In this document: in pieces, positions 49,637 to 63,182 of the stretch
How the letters are laid out: the number at the start of each line of letters is the position of its first letter
Position numbering within the stretch: position 1 is the stretch's first letter
From: Carcharhinus amblyrhynchos
Lineage: Eukaryota
NCBI GenBank assembly: GCA_965287045.1
Contig: OZ336876.1
Span: forward strand, 62,496,001 to 62,560,000
Direction of reading: 5' to 3'
DNA length: 64,000 bases
Notes under the pieces: generated by a model
What the model saw: only the letters and a program-made list of their open reading frames with translations
What the model was told of the DNA's origin: nothing
Database searches by the model: none
Translations under genes and position numbers: made by a program

Positions 49637-51794
49637 TCTGCCTTCAATTCGAAAGTGTGTTAAATATTAAAGCTATAAGATTATTATGTTTTGGGCTGTC
49701 TCTCTACTTTCTCGGATAAAGCAGAAGAATGGAGAGGTCATGTAACCTGCTCTGAATTCTGTACAACAAAATTCCTGGGTGGCTTGGTTGCTATGGGGAC
49801 AAGTTGAATAAGATGCAGAACTTTGACACCTGTAGATATGATAACAGCATTTGTGCTGACTGTGGACAGACTATCAATCTCCAAGTCTCACTATGAGGTG
49901 TTAGGAATATCTGGTCTTATAAATGGTTAAACTTTGAATGGTCTGTGTAATTCCAAAATAGAATGGAATTGGGGGTCCAGAGAATAGCTAATTAGTATTG
50001 CTAACTGGATACAGGGCAAGTGTGATTTGCATTGCCATGGATATGGGTTTTGGGAAGGAAGAGTCCAAAGCAAGACACTGTGATAGTAGGTTACAGAGTT
50101 TATAACGTATATTTGAAATTCACGGGGAAAGTCAGTTTGAGAGCCAGAGCAAGGGATAGAGGCAGCTAGTCCTGCACCCTAAAGCAGAGAAAAGCCACAC
50201 AGAATATGCATGGGAGCTCATTCTCTGATTCAAAAAACTGAATTCACAAGGGCTTAAAGGAGGTTGGAGGTTGTTCAGCTTGGGCTAGAAGGAATGAATC
50301 TCCAGTGTAACTCTCAGAATGAAAGTCCCTTCTAGGATTAAAAGTTCTAGCTGGGAAAGGCAAAAAGAAGCAAACTGTCAGGAGCAAATAATAGCTTTGG
50401 ACTTGATATGGGAGAATGAAGTATCTACTTGACGAACAGTGTGAAATTTGACCTTAGCGGGAGAACGTTAGTCATGTCTACAAGTTGCCTACAAAATGGT
50501 ATTTAGTCAATGTTGCTTTATAGTTTGTTTGTTAAAGTAAAAGTCTTAAAACTTGAAACCTTTTTGTGTGATCGTTTCTGTTAATCACTTTGAAAGTGAT
50601 CTTTTTTTTAACAGAGATTATAGCTGATGACTGGTAATGAGCTTAAACAATCCAATTATTTGAGATTTGTACTGCTGCTGTTTCTTCTCTAACACTGATA
50701 GATACCAACTGGATAAATATTAAATAAATATGTCTGCTCTTTGTCATTTGTAAAAATACTCTATTGGGCTCAACATTTGAGACTTAAAGATCAGAAAAGT
50801 TTATTCCCTGGCTGCAGTCCGAAACAACTACTGTACTCAGCTGAGAACACCATACATATCATTAACATAGACCTTAATTTCATTTGACAAAAATCCCACT
50901 TCGATTGACAAACATACATACATAAAAAACCCACTACATCCAAATTATTCAAATCTGTGTCTTAACATTGCATATTAACTGTTTTCTATTTAAATAAACC
51001 CTGGTCCATAATTAAGTGTTTTTAGTATCCATCTTTTTTTAATCATCTTGTTTCCATTGCTCAGAGTTCAGTCCTGACCATTGTAACAATTTAAAGTATC
51101 AGCAACACTTGTGGACTAAATGCTAGAGTCATAAAACTTGCATATCTGAGAGGGCTGTTGGCTTGGACATACTTTATAACGTCCCAATGTTGTGCAAGAT
51201 GTTGCATAAATGACTAACATATTAACTTTCTCCCTCCTTTCCTTCCATAATTACTTTTTAATGTAGAGGAGTCACAAAGATAACCATTTGAATCATATGT
51301 ATTATTCTGCCTGGCATCAGCAGAGGGGCAAATGGTCACTGGACCAATCTCCTCGAGCTCCCATGGAGCCAAAGGCACCAGGCCAGGGTGCCAATGGGGT
51401 GTGCACTGTTGGCACTGCCAATGTGTGTGCCCTTAAGGAAGGCTGAGTGAGGATGGGGTGGGGGGTAGATCTGAGGGGGAAAGATGAGTAAGTGGGAATT
51501 TGAGGATGAAGAGGGACTGAGTGGGGGTCTTAGAGAGAATCCCACCCAATAAATGCTGCTAATGCCAGTGGGAAATCATCCAGCTTTCCAGCTGGCATTG
51601 GCACTTAGTCGCAATTCAGAAGGATCATGGCCCATGAGTAGCAAGGGACACAATAGTTAGCTCTGTGAAACACCACTGGAAAGACCCCTCCATTTATAAA
51701 AACATCCATCAACCTTAACTCTGTCTCTTGCTACTGAGCCAATTCTGGATTCAACTTGGCACTTGCTTTTAAATCCTATAAGCTTTTAATTTTC

Positions 51795-53790
51795 TGATGT
51801 AGAGATGCCAATGTTGGATTGGAGTGGGCACAGTAAGAAGTCCCAAAACACCAGATTAAAATCCAACAGGTTTATTTGGAATCACGAGCTTTCAGAGCTC
51901 TGCTTCTTCATCAGGTGAATGGAGAGGTGGGTTCACAAACATGGCATATATAGACTGACACACAATTGCAAGGTAATAGTTGGAATGCGAGTCTTTACAG
52001 GTAATCAAGTCTTTATAGCTATAGACAGCGTGAGTGGAGACAGGGATAATCATAGGTTAAAGAGGTATGAATTGTCTCAAGCCAGGACAGTTAGAAAGAT
52101 TTTGCAAGCCCAGGCCAAATGGTGGGGTTTACATATAGTGTGACATGAACCCAAGATCCAGGTTGAGGCATGCGTGTGGGACTATTATTTTCTGCTCGGT
52201 AATTCTGCATTGTCGTGCGTCTTGAAGATCTCCTTGGTGAACGCTTACCCCAAGATCGGAAGCTGAATGCCCTTGACTGCTGAAGTGTTCCTCGACTGGG
52301 AGGGAACTCTCCTGCCTGGTGATTGTCGCATGGTATCCGTTCATCTGTTGTAGCGTCTGCATAGTCTCATCAATGCACCACGCCTCGGGACATCCTTTCC
52401 TGCAATATATGAGGTAGACAATATTGGCCAAGTCGCTGAGTATGTACCATGTATCTGGTGGATGGTGGCCTCATGTCTGATGATGATATCTGTGCTGTTG
52501 ATCCAACATGCCTTGCAGAGATAGCAGGGTTGTGTGGTGTTGTGATCACTGTTCTCCTGAAGGCTGGGTAGTTTGCTGCAAACAATGGTCTGTTTGAGAT
52601 TGCACAGTTGTTTGAAGACAAGTAGGGATGGCCTTGGCAAGATGTTCATCTTCATCGATGACATGTTGAAGGCTCTGAAGAAGATGTAATTTCTCCACTC
52701 CAGGGAAGCACTGGATGACAAAGGGTCCCATGTTTATCTTTTGAGAAGGTTGGTGCAGTTTTTTGCTATGGCATGTCAGAACTATTGATCGATGAGTTGA
52801 GCACCATATTGAGGGCATCTTTCAGCATCTGTAAATGCTGTTGTGTACCTCCTCATCTGAGCAGATCTTGTGTATAGAGGGCTTGTCTATAGGGGATGGT
52901 TTCTTTAACGTATTTAAGGTGGAAGATGGAGAAATGGAGCATCATGAAGTTATCTGTAGGCTTACAGTAGAGTGAAGTGTTGAGGTGACTGTCCTTAATG
53001 GAGGTGTGCGTGTCCAAGAAAGCAGCTGATTCTGGAGAGTAGTCCATGGTGAGTCTGATGATGGGATGGAACATGTTGATGTTATCATGTAGTTGTTTCA
53101 GTGATTCTTCGCCAAAGGAAGAAAATTTCATCAATGTATCTAGTATACAGCATTGATTGAAGGTCCTGTGCGGTGAAGAAGTGTTGTTCAAATTTGTGCA
53201 TGAAGATGTTGATATATTGAGATGCAAATTTGATCTCCATGGCTGTTCTGTGTGTCTGGATAAAGAACTGGTTGTCAAAAGTGAAGACATTGTGGTCCAG
53301 GATGAAATGGGTAAGTTGTAGAATTGCATGTGGAGATTGGCAGTTATCAGTATTGAGTACTGAGGTTGTTGCAGCAATGCTGTCATCATGGGGAACACTG
53401 GTGTAGAGTGCTGAGATATCCATTGTGATGAGGAATGTTCCTGGTTCAACTGCTCCACGGGTTCTGAGTTTCTGTAGGGAGTCCATAGCGTTGCAACAGA
53501 AGCTGGCGGTTCCTTGTACGATGGGTTTCAGGATGCTCTCGACGTAGCCAGAGAGGTTCTCACACAGGGTCCCATTGCCTGATATGATGGGATGGCCTGA
53601 TACGTTGGCCTTGTGTATTTTCGGGAGGCAGTAGAGATCTCCAACATGGGGAGTACGTGGGATGACAGAACCGAAGGTGCTCTGAAGATCCGGATCCAAG
53701 GTCTTGATCAGTCGGTTCAGTTGACGGGTGTGTTCTTTGGTCGGATCTGCAGTAACTGTCTGTAGTGTCCCTTGTTGTTCAGTTGTCAGT
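51795..53790 (-). mobile_element. Penelope-like retroelement (RT + GIY-YIG + pseudo-LTR), 5'-truncated and degraded; Neptune-like
   Basis: LYCLPKIHK…PIISGNG…MDISALYTSVPH…YTRYIDEIF (RT); Cys-rich linker QPCYLCKAC; NIVYLIYCRKGC…HFSSQGH (GIY-YIG with CCHH); pseudo-LTR at 51795-52130 with decayed hammerhead at 51882-51920. Confidence 0.93.
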
Positions 53791-53977
53791 ATTAAATTTA
53801 ATGTTCTGGGCAGTATGCCATGTGTACCATGTCAAAAACCTTGCTGAAGACTGCAGTAGACATACTAACCTCATTACACTTCTTGTTATTTCCTCAAAAC
53901 AAAATAATCAAGCGAGTCTGACATGACCTTCTCTTCAAAAACGTTTATTGACCATCCTGGAATCATTCATGTCATCT

Positions 53978-54240
53978 GAATAGCACAGTGGTAATACTGC
54001 TGCCTCATAGCACCAGGGTCAATTCCCTGCTGGGGTCACTGTCTGTGTGGAGTCCGCACATGCTTCCTATGTCTGGGTGGGTTTCCTCAAGGAGCTCTGG
54101 TTTTCTCCCACAGACCGAAGACATGCTAGTTAAGTTCATTGGCCATGCTAAATTCTCCCTTAGTGTACCCGGATTGAGATGATTAGGAGATTTTCATAGT
54201 AACTTCATTGCACTGTTAATGTAAGGCTACTAGTGACACT
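53978..54240 (+). mobile_element. V-SINE with HE1-like head and a different 3' tail
   Basis: tagcacagtggtaatactgctgcctc…V-domain…attggccatgctaaattctcc, then tail ttttcatagtaacttcattgcactgttaatgtaagg…gtgacact. Confidence 0.8.
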
Positions 54241-55524
54241 TCCAATTACTTTCCCACCACTGAAGTTAGGCTAACTGATCAGTAATTATTCAGGCTATCC
54301 CTTCCTCCATTTTTGAACAATGAGCACAATGTTACCAGTTTTTCAGTCCTGCAGCATTCAACTTCAAAAGTTATAGCTTTAGGCAAAAATATAAGCTCAG
54401 ATTTTGCAACAGCTATAAATCTGATTGATTTTTTTTTATTTTGCCAGGGTGTTGCTGATAATGATGTAATTGAAGGCAATGGGTCACCCAGAACCTTTGT
54501 AACAATGGAGTAAACAATTTGGGTAAAACTTTCTACTGCAACCAGGCATCATTTTCTGTAAAGTGCAGCACTGCCAACCTCCTCTGGTGCAGCCCACATG
54601 GCATTCCCTCTTGAGAAGGGTATTCCCAGTGTGTGCCAATAGCCTAAGAAGGAGCATTATTCTAACTCCACACCGTCCAATTGCCTTGCTTAGTCCACGC
54701 AAGTCTAGACCACAACTTTATAGATTGCACTGGAAATAAGTGCTAAATTTAAAAATGGCTGCCACGCTGGTGCTAGTTAAAGGAACAGACTCCCAAACTG
54801 TAAGTAAGGTAATTTATGAGAACCTCTGCGATTATGAAGTGTTTGGAAGTATTCTGGAAAGTTAGAGGTGCTGTTCCTGGAATTGCCAGAGAATACTGCT
54901 GCATCCTCACAAGAAGGCAGAGGATTGGATGACCTGTCCACATAAAGGCTGTAATAAGTGTGGGGCAGTGATGGTTATGTCTTTGTGATGATAACACAAC
55001 AGGGAGATAGACCAAGAGGTCCATGCTAATATCAGCAGCAGCTTGCTTATTATTATTAGGTAGTAGGATGAGGATGTACTAAATATTGAGGAGAACTCAT
55101 AAGACAAGAACTTACCATGATCCTTAATGTTTTCAGTTATGACAGATGCCACATGCTCCTTCAGAGCTGGGCCAATGATGCTGAGAACCATCTCCATCAT
55201 AAGCGACTTTGCCTCCCATCGGTTCTGCAACGCCACTTTGTTCTGTGAAAGGCCAAAATATTAGTGATTGCATTGTGCTGTCATTGTGTGATGTGCCTGC
55301 CACAGCTGAACAGTTAGAGACATGTGGAGGCACTGAAGGATGGGTGTGAGTCTGGCAGTATTGGTAGCTATGTGGAGGTGAGATGAGGTGAGGTGAGGTA
55401 TCTATGTGTTAATAAGGAGCTCTGGAAGTGCTGCTGTGTGAGGTGAGTGATGAGAGCATTGAGCAGTGTGAGAGGCTGGTGTTGCAGTGGGTAGATGTGA
55501 TGATGCACTCAGTGAGTTGATTGC

Positions 55525-55690
55525 CTGATTGAAAAGATTTAAAAAGCATTTGGATAGCTATATAATGGAAAGGATTCGAGGGATATGGGCCAAACAGAGG
55601 CTATTGGAAGTGGCTTGGAGGGCACCAAGGTCGGCATGAACTGGTTGGGCAGAAGGGTCTGTTTCCGTATTGTGTTGCTCTATGACTCTA
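55525..55690 (+). mobile_element. CR1 3' tail fragment
   Basis: tttaaaaagcatttggatag…gagggatatgggccaaa…gaagggtctgtttccgt…ctctatgactct. Confidence 0.8.
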
Positions 55691-55788
55691 AGAGACCATT
55701 AGACATCTTATAGCACTATTTCCAAGTCTTCCAGTCAAGACTCCTCCCTAGCCACCTTCACTCGTTCCATGCAGAGGTTGTTTTAGAG

Positions 55789-56070
55789 CCCTCCCCCCCA
55801 CTCCCAAACCCCCCCGACACCTCCATCCCACACCACCCCCTGCCCCCCACACCACCACCTGCTCCCTGCCCCCCCACCCCCATCACCCCCTATCACCCCC
55901 CTGCCCCTTCCCCCCACCTCCCTGCCCCCCACCCCTCACCCCCACACCACCCCCCTGCCCCCTCCACCCCCTACCACCTCCCTGCCCCCATCCCCTCACC
56001 CTCTTGCCCCCCACCCCACAGCCCCCCATCCCATCCCCCCCACCCCCCATCTTCCATCCCCCCATCCCCC
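55789..56070. repeat. C-rich low-complexity tract
   Basis: Imperfect repeats of ccctgcccccc/caccaccccc/ccccatcc. Confidence 0.85.
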
Positions 56071-57379
56071 AAATCAAATCAGGTACAGAAAATAAATAAA
56101 TTGTGGGAAAGATGGATTGAAAGGGAAATGTGGCAGAAAACAAACATTAAAAAAACTTACGAATTTAACTCTTTTAAATCACCTAAAATAATTCATAACC
56201 TGGAGAAATTAAACTTCTGTTTACTTTCTGGGTAGAAAGAGGTTTCTTCACCGTCATAAACAATCCTCATGTCATTAAATAGACACCTATGCTGTTAATT
56301 ACTACATCTTGATATGGGAAATGTAATGGGCAATTAATGTGCAAATGCAGCAAACTCATAAATCTGTTGGGGAGTTTAAGCATGACATTGTATGGAGCAG
56401 TGCGTTTATTCAGCAACTGGCGCTGATTCACAATTCCTCCCTGCCAGCAAGTTGCTAGTCGTCTTTCTCATAATTAATGGTGTGCATCCTTCGGATGTGT
56501 TATTCCTTCAACAAAATATGCGACATCACGTCCAAGTCCTGACTTTTGAGAGAGATTTTCAAAGTCAAAACTTTAACAAAGGATCAAGGGCAGGAGAAGC
56601 AATCGCCTTCTTCAATTATGTTTACGCGATTCTTTTTTAAAAAAAGTTTAAATTGTATTGTGCACATTAAACATCCCACTAATACCTTGCAATCCTAACA
56701 GATGTGAAAAATGAAACGTTGATTTAATAGCACGGCATTTCCCCTAAAATAACTTTATTAAAGGGGCTGTTTTCATGAAGAGTTTGATTTGCTTGCAACG
56801 CAGCGATGGAATTCATGGACATAAAGCTCCTTTATAACTCCTGTGAACTTTTTCAGGGAACCATCCTTGCTAGAGGTTCTTGAAGAGCGCCATCCCAGGG
56901 GGACTGTTGGGCGTGTGTGTATGTGTGTGGGTGGGTGGTGGATGGCTGGGGGGTGGGGGAGCGGTGGTAAGAGCTAAGCTTCTTCCTCTGGACGTTACAA
57001 GGGATGTGATCAGATTCTCCTGGTCTGGGACCAGTCGCTGCTCCTGTTCCTGTGTTGCCCGAGGTTCTGCCGGCGACAAGCGTTGTTATCCTCAATAAAA
57101 CTAAGCTGGGCTTCAGCAGCTGTCCCTTCAGATCGTGTAATTCGGCACATTCAACGGGAAAGTGGGAGAGAGCCCTGCCACTGATCAGGAACAGCATGTG
57201 CAGTTACTGCTACTCTTTAAATCGTGTTTGTTCCTTTAGTTATACATTATTGTATTTTTAGAAAGGATTTCTAGAGGGATTACAGTTTGTTATGTTCAGC
57301 TCCCTAAGGAAGATAAATATTGTTGCAGTAAAGTGACGAATGCTCTGAGCTACTAAGAGGTGGAAGAGGGATTCCTAAA

Positions 57380-57423
57380 ATGGTCACGATGTGTACTAAA
57401 CTGGTACATTGTCTTCACCTGAG
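57380..57423 (+). CDS. candidate short first coding exon (MVTMCTKLVHCLHL, phase 2) of the downstream gene, probably ARHGAP18 by synteny
   Basis: aaaATGG Kozak context at 57380, open frame to a strong donor AG|GTAAGA at 57424, inside the CpG-enriched region. No protein homology recognised; identity rests on gene order only. Confidence 0.4.
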
Positions 57424-57879
57424 GTAAGATTTATTGCTTTTGGAATGCTCGCACAGCCGGATTTGTCTTTTCTTTTGTTGCAACATTATTCATTTCCTGC
57501 CTTTATTGTTGTTTGAACACTGAAAAAAATCATTTGGGTCTGGAGTGGTGTTAAAGCCAAAGGAACAGATGACACTGAGCACTCTGTAAAACGTAAATGA
57601 TCCACTGGCGATGTTTGGAGGCACTATCCATTTTGAAGCTTCAACTGTTTCCTGTAATATAGTTTAACTGATTTTGTTCTGATTGTTTCTCTGTAAGCTC
57701 AGTTGACATATCAAAATTACGTGGTTGAAAATTACTGTGAGACATAGGTTTGCAAAAGAGGGGATTGATAAAGTGGGTTACAATCTGGGGATTGCAAACA
57801 CATAATTGTGAAAGGATTTAACTTGACCGCACGCCTTTTGCACCTAACTTTCGACAAGCCCTAGCGTTCTCCTAAATGG

Positions 57880-58915
<1,036 letters not shown>

Positions 58916-61900
58916 ATTGCATATGATATCAAAAGGTAAGAAGAACACCACAAATGTTGGGACTCCAAAATAAAAATTAAAACAGTTTAGCACACTGAAT
59001 AGATCAATTAGTAAATGGAAGAGTAAAGTAAAACAGAGTAGGTTTCCATCTTTTATGCAGCACCTGTATAAAGCTTAGAAAGGGAGACATGCCCCTTGTG
59101 CAACTCCTGGTAAATGGTACAGCAATAACGCTTGACAGTGACATTAGATCAACACGTGCATGAACTTCCTGTGAACTCTCTGGCAGGAATGTCAGTGTCA
59201 TTCCCTCCTGGGGTTGGTTCCAGCGAGGCCCAGAATACAGTTAAGAATAGGTGAAAACATCAGGCAGTTGTGGTATGGCTTCCAGGCAATACATCAGAAA
59301 CCAAGCTGCTGAACTAAAAAGAAAAGATCAGATTGAAAAATTACAAAATGGAAAATGTAAACCCATCTTTCAAAAGCACAGTAATTTTCATCCGAATCAT
59401 TTTCATGTATTCATTTTGTACTTTGCGACCTTGGTGTCGCTGCCAAGGCCAGCATTTTTATTGCCCATCCCTAATTGCCTTTGAGAAGGTGTTGGTGAGC
59501 CACCTCTTTGAACCACTGCAGTCCATGTGGTATCAGTTCACTTACTCTTTGGGATGGAGTTCTATGATTTTGACCCAGTCAGTTTTGAAGAAGCCTGAGA
59601 AATGATTTTGAAAAGCGATATCCACTGAAACATTTTAAAACTCTGATAAACCATGCTTTAAAAAAATGTTACTTCTTAACAAGATTTGCCAGATGTTTCA
59701 TGTTAATCTATTAGCAAGATTCATCTGACTTATAAACAACAGGAAAAAGCATGATAAACATCCCTAAAAGATCTTAAAAGTCAAATTAACAGCCGGCAAT
59801 TTACATAGAAAGTTCGGATGCACACCCGACCCGAAGTGTGTAAAATCATTTGGGAAGGTGTCCCAATGTCGCACTCTCGTATGATATTCCAGTTAGCAGG
59901 CACAGGCGTAAGTCGGAAGTGCACCCGCCAACAATCAAGAAGCCAATTTAAATTAATTAAATAGCAGTTGGCTTGGCTTTTATGTTGCCCTCCTGCCTTT
60001 ATGGTTGGATAGCAGGTCAAATGGCAAGGTGGCCTTTATGTTTAAGCTGCAAAGTCAATCTAGAGCAGGATGAAAGGTCCGGGCTCAAATAAAATCTGAG
60101 AAAATGTCTCGGGACTGAGATCTGTGTATGGTTGTGCTGCCTGGATGCTCGTGGCATAGTTTTAACATCAATATTTATTTTTCACGGATCAGCAGTTCCC
60201 TGAGATAGCTCTGCAGCAGAGCACATTGGAAACACCAGCCTATATTCTCTTTCTTGGTGCTTGCTCTTTTCCACCTTCCCTAGCAAAATCTTTTTATTTG
60301 AAGATACTCTTCAACTGTTAATTAATGTTTGAATTATGTTGAGTTAGTTGGTTTGTTACAATAAAAGTTTTAAAAGTGAAATCCTGTCTCATGGTTTTCT
60401 TTCTGATTTGTAACGGTTCCTTTCTTTTCAAAAACTTATCAAAGTCCATGGGGATCATAACAATCTAAGAATGGTGGGTGCTGAATGTGTTACCATTATT
60501 AGAATCACAAAACCTGGTTATTACCATGAGAATGTAAATGACTGTCCATTGCTGTATTTTGTATGTGAATCCAAGCAGTGTGCGAAATGTCTCACAGAAT
60601 GTCAGTGCCATAATTGCTTTTCTTCACTATGGGAAGAAAACTGGTTAGGTGTTTTTGAGGAAGAAGCGAATATTCCAATTCTGAAATTAAAAGAAGAAAT
60701 TGTGTATTTGCTCACTGTAAGAATGATTTCTAAATTATTCTCAATGTGTTGAATCTACAATAATGAATCTGTGAAATTATGTACAACAATAACATTTATT
60801 TCTGCATGTGTACCAGCTAATGAAAAAATAGGATTGTGAATTATTGCTCTGTTTTGTTTCAGTTCAGTGTAATAATCTGTCGCGGCACAGTTTACCCATT
60901 TGGTTATTTGTGCTGTTCTGTTATGTTTGCTGTCTTGTGATTTCAAAGTTTATATAGTGGATGGAGACTGGAAGTGATAAAATCTAATCAGTAATGGTCT
61001 ATACCTAATGACAACTCAGCAAGTTACCATCATGTTTTCTCTACATTTATACTTAGTAAAACAAAATAATGAGCTTCCTGTCTTCCCTACCCACACCCAT
61101 TTACACAGAGAATTGCTTTGTTTAGTACTATTTTCCTTGAACTCTAAACAGCGTAGGAATGCAAGCCTTGCTTCTTTCTTTGCAGATTGTAGTTTTAATA
61201 AACTATGAAAAATCAGATCTTGTTATAGCTCCAATTCACACATGATCCTGATGTGGACATATTTCTTTATTGCACTGGATCAAGGTACTGAAATGCTATT
61301 CCTACCAGCATTTTAGGAGTGCCTTCACCACAGGGACTCACCAATGGTCCAAAAAGATGTCTTACCACCACCTCCTTAAAGGAAACTAGGGATGGACAAT
61401 AAATGCTGGCCTCGCCAGCATCATCCACATCCTAAGAATTTACAATCTTTTGGGAAATAAAGTCAAAGTCTGGTTCATTAACAACTAAATACTTTTTGAG
61501 CTAATGGGGGCGAAGTTACTCTTGGGTGGTAGCATAACATGTGAATATGAATTGGCAGCCGGGTTGTCCTTAGCCCTATTTACTTTCAGTTTAACTTCAA
61601 TAATAATAGTCAGGAGGAGTGTAGAACTAGTGAATATCGCCAGATTTGTTAGCTTTGATTTCATGTGACTATTTGAGACTAACTTCATCCCCAGTTTTTT
61701 TTTGGAACTTGTATGTTTACTCTTTGCTCTGAACCACAATCTTTGAATGTAGCCTTTCAAAACTATTTATTCATGGCTAAAGGAAGATAAAACATTATAT
61801 CTGATTTATCATTCTCTATCTTCCTGAAGGGTGGTGTTATATTAGCTTCTCTCGAATTCTGCAACATTATTTGCATATTTCTAGAGTTGCAAATTTCAAC

Positions 61901-62269
61901 CAGAACCTTTGCTATCCTTTGTTAAGATACAAGGCATCAGGGCTGCTGACCTACTTACCTTCAGTTCTACTAAATACTTCCACAATTATTTCAAACAATT
62001 GTTCAACATCCCACTGAATCTTCTTCAATACACCTACATTTTCATTTCCACCATTATTTACTTAAATTCTTCACTTACAAACTCTTTTTCTGCAACATAT
62101 GCTCTTTTCATTTTTTTAGTTTTTAGGCACTTAAATATATCCTTGCTATTTCCTATTACATAATCTAATAGCCTTTTCTTATGTGCTGATTTCATCTTTC
62201 AAATCTCAGATCGATATAAAAAAATCCCAAGACACTTTATGAAGAACAACATGAGAATTTTCCATAATA

Positions 62270-62570
62270 AAAGCAAAACTTCTGGAAAACCACAGCAGGT
62301 CTGATATCGTCTGTGAAGTTAACGTTTTAACATTTCATGTGTTTGATCTTTCATCACAACTGGGATAATTAGAAAAGAAATAAATTTTACATTCATCAAA
62401 CGGAAAGGGTACGAAAAGAACAAAAAATGTCTGTCATAAAGCAAAAGGGTGGGTGAACTGAAATGACAATATTGTTTGAGAGAATAGCCAAAGGAAATAA
62501 TAATGGGACAAAGTTGTGTCCAGAGGAGTGGTGACTGGCAGAAAAATGGACAGCTGCCCTCCCAGAGGTA
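62270..62570 (-). mobile_element. old PLE pseudo-LTR fragment
   Basis: cagcaggtctg…tctgtg…gttaacgttt…ctttcatc resembles the arms at 33045-33140 and 39082-39172. Confidence 0.55.
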
Positions 62571-63182
62571 ATGTAATCACGAGTCAATCCAAAATGTGGC
62601 GAATGGCATTTTAGTTCATGTCCACATGGGATAAGTTAGAGATGGAATCAATTGCTAAGGAAGTAGCTGTGGCACTGAAAGTACGTTTTGATGGATATCT
62701 GACCAAATATGAGAAGAGAAATATAAGGTATTGAATGTGAAAAACATATCAACCAATATTATTGAAAAACAGACATCTCATTACTGTTTGTGGAATTTTG
62801 CCTATGTGCTTATTGTCAATTCTGCTTATTCAATTACAATCACAAATACATGTCAAATCATTTGTGAAGCACAATTAGGACATTCTGAAGTCATGAAAAG
62901 CAGTTTATAAATGCTCATTTTTCAATTTCCTTGTTGGTATGGAAACATAAGTTAAATTCCTGGATATATTCTGAAAACACTGCATGCTTTGAGGACCTAT
63001 TATTAGCTTTATTCCAATTTAATTTGTAATAATTAGCATTATTCCTTATTGTTGTCCTTGTATGTCTCTACAAACTGCCTGAATATGTCTATAACTTTAT
63101 TAATGGCCTATATTGGACACCAAGATTTGTACTATTTCCTTTCTGATCTTTTAACTCTATTCACGTGCATTTTATCCAAAAG

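Noticed and set aside
49740-50625. Further possible solo LTRs (also ~5636-6530 and ~28888-29580)
   Set aside because: LTR-like composition and TGT starts, but matching termini and TSDs could not be established.
54448-54513. Strong acceptor (ttttgccag) followed by GVADNDVIEGNGS…
   Set aside because: Stops after ~21 codons, lies among degraded repeats and has no recognisable homology.
56518-56640. ORF segment NKGSRAGEA as the canonical ARHGAP18 first exon
   Set aside because: Similarity is only a few residues, the frame ends in a stop, and there is no suitable splice donor.
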